A stretch of DNA of 64,000 nt from Lytechinus pictus (Eukaryota), in the NCBI RefSeq assembly GCF_037042905.1, contig NC_087245.1, positions 34,660,001 through 34,724,000 of the forward strand, read 5' to 3'. The first letter of the stretch is position 1; each line of letters starts with the position of its first letter. The translations under genes and the position numbers were made by a program. Shown here piece by piece: positions 1 to 12,800 of the stretch. The notes beneath the pieces are model-generated. The model ran no database searches. It worked only from the letters and a program-made list of their open reading frames with translations, and was not told the origin of the DNA.

Positions 1-2166
1 TTTAAATCATGATAAAGCTGAAGATCTAAGCTTTAATATGATATAATTTTTATAAGAAGATGTATTTTAGATGGGTCAGCAGCCAGCTTTTCATAGGCCA
101 AGTACATTTTGCAGCTCAAAAACAAGAATACTGCGCTCTGATTGGTTATAGACTCCACACACTCACGCAAATTCCAATGTTCCCCACACTGGGCCTCTGC
201 AAGGTCACACTCACCATGTGGTTATCTCTTCAAATTACCCGCGCCTGTTTGTTTTGAAAACAGTATTCAGCCAATCAGAACTGTGGATTTTATGTTACTC
301 AGAAATTTCAGAAATCTCGTCTTGCATCTTGATGGAAATAACTGGCTGCTGACCCATCTAAAAGATGCCACATATCAAGAGTGACATTGTAAGAAAGTAT
401 AGAGTTTGAGCTTTCTGATGATATAAATAATGTTGGTGCCTAAAACACAAAATGTTGCACAATTTGCAAGTGAAAACAGAGGAAGAAAATTCTGTTTGAT
501 GCATCTTTTCAGGTAAAAAATTCACTTATTTATCAAAATATTTCATTAAAAAGAAATGACCAATATAAAAGGGTAACATTTACTCTTGCCCATGGTACAA
601 AAATAAACAATATTACTCAAGAAAAAAGTGGTTAAATTCTTTGAGAAAGAAAGTCTCACAATTCACGAGATTTTGCAGGGACATGAATTCAGCCACGAGA
701 GGACTTGGATAAATCTGCTCATTTGCTCATTAACACGGGCTTGCGGACTGACTGTTAAAGTAATGATATAACTTATTAAAGTCAGTGCTTACAGTGGGGA
801 GAAATTGATTGTTTCGCAGGTACCCATTTCTTTTCAGTGTTTCGTTAAACTTCTCTTACCGGTAATGAATACTACTAGGTCTAAACTACATTTACTCATT
901 CTGGAATATTAAAAAGAGTTAACTACTTAACAGGCAAATAAAAACTAATTTCAAGCCCTTTACTCATTATACAGGTAGCTCTTCAGGCACTCTGATAGAT
1001 TCTAACTCAAGGTTTACTAATATTCTTAGTTCCTGTTTGCATCCTTATGCTTTTGCCTAATTTATTTTTTTTGATAGCTAGATGGTGCTACTTTTAAAAT
1101 TATATGTGCTTACAGGCTGCATTTTCCCCACCACTCTCTGTGATTATAAATCTGACATATATTTGGTGTAAAACTTAAAATTTGATGGTATTATTTGTAG
1201 TCTTAGTGGGTGATTTTCAAGTTCTGTGTCAACCTTTTGGTGTTTTGTGTTAAGTTGAGTTTCAGGTTAGCACAGCGCCGAACTTCATATGAAGCTTGTC
1301 CAGGGATGCATCTCTCTCACTAGGTGTTGAGCTTTTAATGATGTGATTTGGATCATATTCTTAAACCTGGTTTAGGTGTTGTTGCTGGAGAAGGCAGTCT
1401 GAATTGAGCTCTATACACCTACACCAGCACCGACAATAACTCTAAATACTAACACATGATAGAGGATTATTATTGCAAGCTATGACACTTCAGTAAATTA
1501 ATGAATGTAAACCATTGCAAAGTACAGTATGCGTGTATATAGACATGACATTCATCTTGTTTTTGTGTTTCAGACGTGAAAACAGTAGTTTATTGCAACC
1601 TTTCATTATTTTTCCCAGCGCTTCGTTGTTATCATTTGCCTGTATGTCTGCTAATTTTTTTAGAACTTTCACTCTCTTGTTTCAATAGTGCCTTTCATGG
1701 GTTTCATTGCACTCGTAAGATGTGTGTATACATTACATTACACATGTAAGATGAATGAATATTGGTAGTTTCTTGTAGTGCACTCATTTTGTCCAATACA
1801 GTAATTGAAAAAAAAGGCATATATCACCAGCAAAGGCTTGATGTTTCATGGAGATATGGTATACTTGATATTATAAGTATGTTTACATCACCTGTATTTA
1901 ATGTTTATGATGGAATAGCTTTTGCTGAATCTGTCTTGTAGTGCATACTGGGGCTAGTTACACAAAAACTTCGCAATTGATCATAATGTGTATTTGCATG
2001 CTTGATTTGCACATAATGATGAATGCAATCAAGCAGAAAACTCAGTCTTATGATCAAGTGCTATGTGCTTTGTGGTAGAGGGCCTTGGTCTTTCAAAACA
2101 CTTTAATCTTGTCGTTGTTCAGTTGTTGGGATTGCAATTAGATATTGCTCAGCCAACTTCCTGCCC

Positions 2167-2978
2167 TGGGATCGGTTGCATGAAAAATTATATGTTGTAA
2201 CTATGGTAACAATGCTTAACAGCCAATAGAAATCAAGGATCCCATTGAAGTTAAGATTGGAATGCAACAGGGCCCTGGGCCAGTATTCAATTTAATACTA
2301 AGGCCAGAATTTTAAATATTTTACTCTGTATTTTGCTTCAGTAAAATACTTCACCATCTTTGGTATTCAATTGCATTTTTGACGAAGTATTTTTGCTTAA
2401 ATCTAAGTCATCTGCCCACGAGACTTAAGCCTGGCTTGCGTGCAGTTATGTGATACGCGCAGTCGTACAAGGACTTTGCGCGTTATCTAGCTCCAGCCTT
2501 ATGTTAAGTATATTGCTTATCTTTGGCTTCATAAAGTATAATACTTAAATGTGATCTGAATACAAGTTTAAGCATTCTGCCTAACCAGGTAAAATGCTAA
2601 GTAAAATACTTACAAAATCAATACTTCCGATTGAATACCAGCCCTGGGCCCCGTTTCATAAAGGACTTGCAACTGTTGTAACTTTGCCATTATGGCAACT
2701 ACCATGGAACCCTTGATTTTGATTGGCTGCTGAGCCCTGTAACCATGGTAGTTGCCATTATGGCAAAGTTACAACAGTTGCAATTCCTTAATGAAACGTG
2801 CCCCAGGTGAGTGTTTCATAAAGCTGTTTGTAAGATTCGAATGACTTCATGCACGACCGGTGATCCTTTCTTGTGCTATGTGATATCCCTATAGAATTGG
2901 TTAATGACCCAAGAACATGTTCCAGTCATGCGTAAAGTCCTGCGTAACTTTACGAACGGCTTTATGAAACACCCTCCC
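2167..2978. mobile_element. Chain of four abutting palindromic MITEs
   Basis: Units ~2167-2275, 2277-2643, 2647-2802 and 2806-2978, each with its own inverted ends and joined at CCTGG/CCAGG. Confidence 0.75.
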
Positions 2979-3997
2979 GGTCTTTGCTCCCATAGAACAT
3001 ACCCTTCCTGTCAATAGGGAACTGTATACATAGTGAGCTTCTAAAACCCCAAACTGTGACTTTTGTTTTATTGACTTCCTGCTTAATTTGCTGTGTCTAA
3101 ACTAAAAAGTTTGGGGCGGAACATGTATGGAAACTATTAAGTTTCAATTATTTGAACTTCCTACTTCTTCTTGTTTAGCTTCTTTCCATTCCTCCTTCAT
3201 CGGGAAAGATTATCATTGTAGAAATGTTTCATCTCCTATAAATATAACTTTGCTGCAACTGCTGACATAATATGTATTGAACAATCTCAATACTTTTTCT
3301 GCCAAGATGCAATGAAATGAAGATAGTTATTTTGTAACTTGTTGACTAGAAAACCTTGCAAAGCCAACAGTTTGTGGTGACATGAAATAAATGTTTGTTT
3401 TGTTTTTACCCTGGCAGATAAGATACTTAATATTTTTACTTCCTTTTTAATGATATTTGTATGTTAATATGGTGATGTAGGGATATTGGGTTAGTATTTT
3501 ATCTACATCATAAGTAAAACTTTTAATGTTGCTTGCATAATTAGAGAGCAGTTGAAATGAAAAGATGTAATTTTTTTTTTCAATATTGTTATTCTTAACA
3601 AATATCCTTGATTTTCATTTGACCAATCTTTTTTTAATATTCATGCAGTGTGTTCGCCGTGCATTTTCCCCCAACTTTGTAAACAAGCATGCATTAGCAT
3701 GGGTCCTCACAGGAACTCCATCATTCATGCCATTTTAGCCTGTTTGCACGGGTGAATTGATATCCTGGCTACCTCCATTATGATATTCATTTATTGAAAT
3801 GATGTAATAATTAATAACAAGATGATTGTGGATTTGGGGAAAAAAAGAAGCATGGATTTTGTATTGTAGCCCTGCAAATATATTACAAAAGAATATGTGA
3901 AGTTGATCACCTCTATTTTTAAGTATTATGGATGAATGAAGTGATATAAAAGATAAATGTGTAATTAAGTTTTAACAGAGGTATACCAATCGGGGGT

Positions 3998-4182
3998 GGG
4001 GGGTGTGTTTCACAAAGATTTAACTATTGACTTGGAATGGCAGTTAAATGCTGACGCGTACATATGAAACATGCAATCTTATTGATCAATACGCAGTAGT
4101 GCGTGTCCTCTTGGCAAGATATGACCAATGCGGTCATGCCTTTTCTAACGCACGCAACTAGGCCTTTTGTGAAACACCCCCC
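3998..4182. mobile_element. MITE
   Basis: GGGGGTGTGTTTCACAAA...TTTGTGAAACACCCCC inverted ends. Confidence 0.7.
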
Positions 4183-4709
4183 AGATGCGGTTATTTACAT
4201 CGACCTTTAACTTCACCATCTGAAAGACTTGATCAAGACTCGAACCTCTGCATCAATGCGTAACTTCCCCAATGCAGCTTGCATTATAGGCACAGCCACA
4301 ATGCCCAGTTTTCTGCGTGAAGTTGATAAAAATAATATCTCTTTGCCCTTTAAAATGTTGCTTGTGATGTCTAAGTTGACAGAAAAACACACCGTCAACC
4401 CCTTTCTCAAAAGGGGAAACCCAAGCTGTTATTACATATTATAGTAGAATGATTCTTTTATAAAAAGCATGGTTGAGCCATGATTTTTATAAACATCTTT
4501 TTTGATATAGCAGTACATAAAGGCATAGCCAATTGGGCGTTTCCGTATCATAGATTTAATTTGTTTGCATTCCTATTTTAATCTTCCACGATACGATTAT
4601 CATTATTTATGAGTATTTTTTATTCACTGTCAGTGGGATGCATCTATTATGTGTATTTTGTTTTTAATGAATGTATTAACACATGAATTTGATATTTTTC
4701 TTTGTATTT

Positions 4710-4752
4710 GTGAGAGCGAGTGAGAGAGAGAGAGAGAAAGAGGGGAAGAGAG
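4710..4752. repeat. (GA)n microsatellite
   Basis: gagagagagagagag run. Confidence 0.8.
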
Positions 4753-5887
4753 TGTATTCTAATAAAGGTACTACAAGGGCATGATGGTGATTTATAAATA
4801 AAAGATAATGCTGAAAGGCATACGAAGACGAGAAACACTGTTTGAATATGTCTGTTTTGTTATCAAGGCAGTTTATAAGAGATGTGTGGAAGAAAGTTGT
4901 GCATAGATAATTTATATTAGAGGGAGAACAGAAGACCATCTAGAAGAGAAACAATAGAAGTATAGTAAAGGAGACTTGACAATTGGATGAAAATTTCACA
5001 CATTTAATCTATCAAGGTGATTTGACAGCTGTACACAATATATATATATACAATGAATGAATGAAACAATTATATATTTTCAATTATCTTGAATTGACAA
5101 GATATACAGTTCTGATAAAATTTATATTCACAATCCCACACAATGATAAATAACAGCTCACAAAAACAAAACAATAATTGCAAGAATTTTCTTCTCAGTC
5201 AATAAGCCAGTTCGTAGTTCCACGCTGTGCGTGATCAGAAGATTTTGTGAATGATCAGAGGAAGGTCATTTGTGACATGGTGGTTTAAAATTTAATGAGA
5301 TAAGCATCAACTTTGATGTCTTGATTATTCATATATTCTTTTGAATTGTGTTTTTCATTTACATCCACAAAACAACATTGTGTCCACGGACGACTGGTAT
5401 CTCACATTGTACAACATGCTATAATATGCATTCAAAGTAGAAATGCAACAAATACCTTCTATTCATAGTGTTCATTGGTGTGCTATTCTAGTCACCTTGT
5501 CTATTAAATTTCTTCATCCTGCTATGTAAGGCATGCTTACACAATATCTTGCTTTGAAATCTGCCTATCACAATTGAGGGAATGAAGGGTCATTTGACCA
5601 AAATTGTCCATGAAGTATTTTTTTACAAAGATGAGCATAAAATAGACTTCTGAACATTCAATTATTTCATTCCCTTTTAGACATTTGAAAATATATAAGT
5701 ATATCGGAAGGAAAATGCACGATCTCCATGATTTACTAAACAGGATAGCAATCTCACGCCATTAAAGAATTAGGAAAGAGCACAGTAAACATGAGAAGCA
5801 TCAAATGTAAAAAAAATTTTGATGTGTTTGGCTTCTCATAATTTTTGCACCATGGTCTAAATTATACTTGACTTCAGAATACATTGT

Positions 5888-6131
5888 GGGCGTGACGTGG
5901 TCTAGTGGTTCTGACTCTCGCCTTTCAAACAAAAGGTTGTGGGTTCGAATCCTAGCCATGGCGTGTTTTCCTTCAGCAAGAAATTTATCCACACTGTGCT
6001 GCACTCGACCCAGGTAAGATAAACGGGTACCAGCAGGAAGTAATTCCTCAAAAAGCTGTGCGCACCAGAATCGGTAGACTAGCTTAGCAAGGTGGATACG
6101 TGCGCTATACAAATCCTATATTATTATTATT
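5888..6131 (+). mobile_element. tRNA-derived SINE with CORE-like domain
   Basis: A box TGGTCTAGTGG, B box GGTTCGAATCC, CCTTCAGCAAG...GACCCAGGT core, (TTA)n tail. Confidence 0.85.
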
Positions 6132-6787
6132 TTCTGGCCTATGAATAATTGAATATACTATTGAGTATCCTAGGACTGGATACTCATGTGTCAATCATTA
6201 TGTAGCTCATTACAAGTTTAGTCAAAATAATGGTATTCTAAGGTAGACACACAGCACAAGCTGGGCGTTACAAGCTATGAAAATTAAATGTTTTCACATA
6301 AAATTCATAGGGTATTTCCATATGAAGTATGCACGTCCGACCCCTTATGGTGAGACGTTCCAAATATGATTTCTCTCTGTTTCCTTGTACATGTGTAAAT
6401 TATTATGGTTTGTGCAGTTTGTTAAGTGAGGCAAAATGGAGGGAAATTGGGGTGGAATGTACAGAAAGGTTTAAGATTATTTCATGGAATTGCCAAAAAG
6501 ATGATATTTACCAACATTTTGTAATATACTTGATTTACCACATGCTATATGAATTACAGCTGAAAAATAGGGCTCTGTATCATAAGGGTTTGAAGTCAAT
6601 CATTAATTGACAGTGACCAATCAAGGTCATCGTTGAATGCACATTTTATTCAAAACAACAACCAGGGACCAATCAGGAGTGTTCTTTCATAATTTGTAAT
6701 CCATCGTAAATTTTTGTCTAATGGAGTCCAACATAAATCAACTTACAGTGTAAACAAAGAGGATTCTTCTGAAGCTACAGTTTGATT

Positions 6788-6900
6788 AAGCCCCTTTCAC
6801 AATTGGTGGTACAACTGCTTACAACCGTTGCGATTCTGTGCAACATATATTGTGACCACATGATCGCAAACGATCGCACGAGCAATTGTGAAAGGGGCTT
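6788..6900. mobile_element. MITE
   Basis: 18-bp TIR AAGCCCCTTTCACAATTG. Confidence 0.75.
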
Positions 6901-7400
6901 TGGGGAATGTATGGCCCATATTCTGAAACTGGGTTTAATTCAACTTGGGTCTCAAACTGGATAGCCAATCGTGACATGAATTTCTAAAAGTCCAATTTAT
7001 TAACTCATTCGACGCTCAAATCATTCATAACTGTCTGGAAATTATCACTAAAATAGTTTCTTCATCTTTAATGCATGAGGAAAGAGCACAGTAAACACAA
7101 GACATCCAAATGATCCAATGTAAACAAAATTTGATATTTTTGGCTTCTCATAATATTAGCAGAGAGTTAGACCATGGCTAAAGTTCAACCGAACTTAAGA
7201 ATACAGGCCTTGGTCTTTAAACCCTATAAGAAATATGAAATATTTTTTTGTGACCTACATATGCAAACACCATAGCTGACTAGAACTAGGGCCAGTCAAC
7301 ACCCAACTTGAATTCAATCTAAAAGTCGAAAAAATTAAATTAAGCAGACTGCTCTCCTCATAACATTTCTTGTATCTTCTATATTACATGATGCTGTTGC

Positions 7401-7566
7401 TCATATTTCAACGTGACAGAGAGGGCACGTAGCCATGGTTCGGATGTCGTTCTCATATGCCCTGTGCTTGCATGTACTACACATCCAGAACTGATAGTCC
7501 AACAGAGGGCGCCCTGTAACAATGCACGTTGGGAACTTGGTGTCGCAGTGCACACAAAGTCCCATT
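7401..7566 (-). CDS. WDR35: WDR35 exon 26 (terminal coding exon, Cys-rich zinc-binding tail)
   Basis: [57 protein letters not shown] at 7403-7401. Confidence 0.94.
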
Positions 7567-9844
7567 CTGATGGGGGGGGGGGGAGGAGAAAGAGAAGAGT
7601 CAAATTACTAAGAAGAAAGAAAATGCACTTGAAGGGCAAAGTAATTGAGAAATACATGATTGATTGAAGTCTTAAGTATTCAAGTGCTGAGTACTTCAAA
7701 AATGTTCTTAAAACTATCTATTCACTTCCTCATACTTAATGCAACTTGAACACTTTGCAGAGTGGAATTGGTGCTTTATATAAAGTCACATTTATTATTA
7801 TTACTATTACTATTATTATAAGAATGAACATTGCAAATTATAATATATCATCATATTACAAAATTGTATAATCATATTTAAAAGCTATTTTTTCATACTT
7901 ATTACTACACAAGTTATTACTACATTTATTTCAAACATGCTGATTGCAAAGTGTAAAACAATGGCAGTTGCCATTAAGTTGAGGGAAGATAAATAACATA
8001 AAATTCTCTGAGGTAAAGTGAATTTGAAGTAAAGGAAATTAATGATACTTACGAATCAGGAATAACAGTATCACAGTTGGGGCACTCAACCTTGTTACTA
8101 CGAGCATCTTTGGGAGAATGCCTGACAAAAGAATTAAAGATAAATATAATGTATAATTTTACGATCAGTATTAATCAGAATCTTTATAATCTTCACACAA
8201 AAAAATGACACACACACAAACATAGAATTCAGAGAAATAAAACACTATTACAATATTCATTTAAAAAATAATACAAAATACTTGACAGCCAAGAAATAAA
8301 GAACAATTACAAAGAAATTTCCAGAAATATGAACACCCTTGAATTTCCTTTTCAATACCACATACAATTTTTTGACAGAAATAGGAATAGGGTTAAAATT
8401 ACACTTTTCCTTCCCCCCCCCAATCAGATTATTTCTTTATCATAGGAACACTTTGCAATTGTAATCTTTGTCATCCTCCTTATTGAAACCACCATATCAT
8501 CATTATGAAAAAGACAACATCCACGATCACCAACGTATATGTTTACTCAACCACTTCATTACCATCATCATGATCATCATGATCATCATCTTCATCATGA
8601 TCATCATCATCTTCATGATCATCATCTTCATGATTGTCATCATTAACCCCATCATCATCATCATCTTCATGATTGTCATCATTAACCCCATCATCATCAT
8701 CATCATCTTCATGATTGTCATCATTGACCCCATCATCATCATCATCTTCATGATTGTCATCATTGACCCCATCATCATCATCATCATCATCTTCATGATT
8801 GTCATCATTAACCCCATCATCATCTTCATGATTGTCATCATTGACCCCATCATCATCATCATCATCATCTTCATGATTGTCATCATTAACCCCATCATCA
8901 TCTTCATGATTGTCATCATTAACCCCATCATCATCTTCATGATTGTCATCATTAACCCCATCATCATCATCATCATCTTCATGATTGTCATCATTGACCC
9001 CATCATCATCATCTTCATGATTGTCATCATTAACCCCATCATCATCTTCATGATTGTCATCATTAACCCCATCATCATCATCATCTTCATGATTGTCATC
9101 ATTGACCCCATCATCATCATCTTTATGATTGTCATCATTAACCCCACCACCACATCAACACCATTCCTGCATCATCCTCACTTCATCAACACTATCATCA
9201 TCCACCTCTTCCACACCACCATCCCCATCCTCCTCACCACTATCATCATCATCACCACCACCACCATCATCATCACCATCATCATCACCATCACCATCAC
9301 CATCACCATCACCATCACCACCCCCATCAACACCACCACCACCACCACCATCATCATCATCTTCATGATTGTCATCATTAACCACACCACCACATCAACA
9401 CCATTTCCTCATCATCCTCGCTTCATCAACACTATCATCATCCCCATCCTCCTCCTAACCACCATCATCACCATTAAGGGTCGTGTGGTATGGTGGTTAG
9501 AGCATTGGACTCATGATTGTGAGGTCGTGAGTTTGAATCCCCGCTCCACCATTATCTCCACTTTACACCAAAAAGGCCCGAGAGTAATTTCTGTCGTCTA
9601 TAAGGTCAGCCACTATGACTGATCAACTTAGACGTAAAATGTTTACTTTGTAATTGGTTATATGCCAGCTTGGCGTTGATGTGGCAGAAAACTGCTTTGC
9701 CAAGTTCCTATTGGAGTTACTTCAACAGAAACAGAAACCACCACCATCCTCCTTATCATCATCACCACCAACATCATTATCCTACTAGTAGTCCTCCTTA
9801 TCATCATCATCATCACCACATCATCATCACCATCATCAACCATC

Positions 9845-9876
<32 letters not shown>

Positions 9877-12800
9877 CACCATCATCAATCATCATCAACA
9901 TCCCAATCCTCCTCACCATTATCATGATCATGATAGGCATACTTATCCCCGTCATAACCGTCATCATTATGTTCTCCTCCTCCACATCATCACCAAGCTC
10001 ACTCTTCACCTACTCACTTTGTAAAGATCTGTAAAGACAGGTCTTCAAAGTGCTGCCGCTGCTCAACAGTGAGTCCCTCTAAAGTCTCTAGCTTGGAGAG
10101 AGCCTTGGAGCAGGTCCCAAATGCTCTGTTGGCACAAGAAGCCAGAGCCAAGATCGAGAAGATATCCACAGGGTCCAAAATATCATCATACTCTCTGAGA
10201 TGCAGGGCCGTCTTCATACTAGCATCAACGTATCCTACACAGGAAATAAACACACGTAATACAAATAAAATTCTTAACAATGACCTGTTATTTGCTCCTG
10301 TCTTTATACATTTTGACATAAGATAAATGAATTGGGTTTTTCCTCTTTTTATATTGATACATCAGGATGGTAACCTTATCAAGATACTGCATTGACCTTT
10401 TTTTTATGAACAAGCTACAATATTTGGAATCAGGTTGCATACAGTATATACATTACATGTTGAATTGTTTGAAATGTTTCTCTTGCAAGTTTTGAAGTGT
10501 TAAAAAAAAGCTTTAATCTTATATTTCAAAGGTCAAGTCTACCCCAGAAAAACTTTGAAGTGAATAAATAGAGAAACTGAAAATGTCATCAAAATCGGGT
10601 GTAAAATAAGAAAGTTGTGACATTTTAAAGTTTTGCTTATTTCTCACATAACAGTGATATGCACAACTCAGTGACATACAAATGAGACAGTCGGTGATAG
10701 TCCTTCACTCACTATTTCTTTTGTTTTTTATTGTTTGACTTATTCAATATTTCATTTTTTACACATTTTTCAACTTGACTGAATCAGATAGTATTAAACA
10801 ATGCTAATTCCATGTTCAGGGAAGAATTCATAGTTCTTTCACTTGGCAATGAGGAGAAAATTAGAAAACTTCATATTTCATAAATAAAATACAATAGAAA
10901 TAGCAAGTGGGTGATGTCATCAGTCTCCTCATTTGAATACTGACCAGGATGTGCAGATAACCGTTTTGTGAAATTAAGCAAAATTTTAAAATGGAACAAC
11001 TTTCTTATTTTACATCCAATTTTAATGAAATTTTCAGTTTTATGCTTGTGGGATTTTTCTTTCTTTATTCCTATCAACTTTTTGTTGTGGTGGACTCGTC
11101 CTTTAATAAAGCATGCAAAAAGTTATTAAACCTGTTGATTGCATTCAGGGGAGCATTCCATGAAAGGACCTGTCAAATGGTCTATCTGACTTAGTCTGTT
11201 TCATCCCTAACAGTTTCCATAGTAACAGTCAGACATAGGTGCTTCTCAGCAAATCAAACAAAAAAAAGTTATCAGATCTGACTAATAAATGTCATCAGAT
11301 GACAATTGTCGATGAAACACTCTTTTGATCACTTTTCAGGCCACAGATGTGATAACTTTTATCCACCGATCACTTGCATTCAGCTTTATAATGCAGAAAA
11401 GAGAATTACGTCTCACCTTGGTAGAGTTGTCTTTGTGCAAGTAACAAGAAATGGTATGCTTCGGCACCTCGCCATGCATTGTCTATCAGCTTAGTGTCTG
11501 ACGTAGCCAGAGCTTCCTCCTCTAGCAGACCAGCGAGAGCAGAACTTGCCTGAAAATGAAAAACGAAAGTACTAATTTATTCATGATTAAATTAATTTGT
11601 TTATTACATGTATATACTGTAGGGTTTTCCTATCTGGGTGGGTGTTTCATAAAGCTACATATTCGTAAGTTAAGAGCGACTAATGGTATATTCATTAGCC
11701 ATGGTTTTGCGCGTAAGAAAGGATCACCAGTCGTTCTTAAAGTCGCTCTTAACTTACGAACATCTGTATGAAACGGGCCCCATGCTTACATGTATAAACT
11801 GATTTACATACACATACTGTACCATGGTAATAGGGCTAAGCAGACATTCGCAATTAAAATTTCCAAAATAGTCGCCGTAATGGCAAAGTTACCACAGTGG
11901 AGAATTGTATGAAATATTATTGCGAAAGATACCTAAATATAATAAAGGTGCTTAGTTGATTAAGGCCGGATGAGCTAAAAATCAAATTGTCATGTCATTC
12001 AATATGTTTGTACTGTAGTGATATTCATTTCAAACTCTGGATTACGATTTACAATGAATACATAATTATAAGTTAAGTTTCCTTTAAATCATGTTCTTAG
12101 AGAAAAATGTACCTACCTCTGTTTTCTTATTCTTTGTCTTTAGTTTAGATTGTACCTTCATCTGCTCATGGTAGTTTTCAATCTTAAAACAAAAATAAAA
12201 ATAATAGTTCATGATCAAAAATTTAAATTACAACAAAATATACAATGAAAAAGAGACATTAGCCATACTCAAGGAGATATGGGGGGGGGTGGCAAAGATG
12301 AGGTAGGATAGAGGATTGGACTTAGATTGGAGATTAAACAAAGATTAAGGGTTATGCAAAGAGGAAGGTATTATTTCAGGATTAGTCAGGATTATCTGTG
12401 ATTTTGGCATTGTGTGACATGTAGCTATCTTAGCATACTTTTTAATAGGCATAATCACCTCTTAATACTAACTTCTGGACATTGTTCCAACAGAATGGGA
12501 ATTTGTCCCAAAGAGGAATGATGCTGTGGATGTAATAATCTTCTTAAGCTCCTGCTTAAACATTGTCCATTGATTACAGAATTAAAAGGATAAAGGGAGT
12601 GAATTCAATGATTTAGCTCTTTTTACTGTTATGAAAAAGTAATAGTCTCCACAGAATGAGGATTTATTCACTTGCATTACAGTGAGACCTGTGTATAAAG
12701 GTGTATACAGTGCGTCCCAGAAAAAACAAAACCGAGATTAAGCGATGATTTATCATAACTAAATCACAAATACAATAGACAAATGACCTACCAATGTAAA

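Noticed and set aside
4213..4444. Short overlapping ORFs, possibly a retroelement remnant
   Set aside because: No motif strong enough to assign and no splice-consistent link to either gene.
8468..9622. 384-aa Ile-rich ORF and the antisense Met-rich ORFs
   Set aside because: By-products of a (CAT)n satellite inside a WDR35 intron; no domain or splice support.
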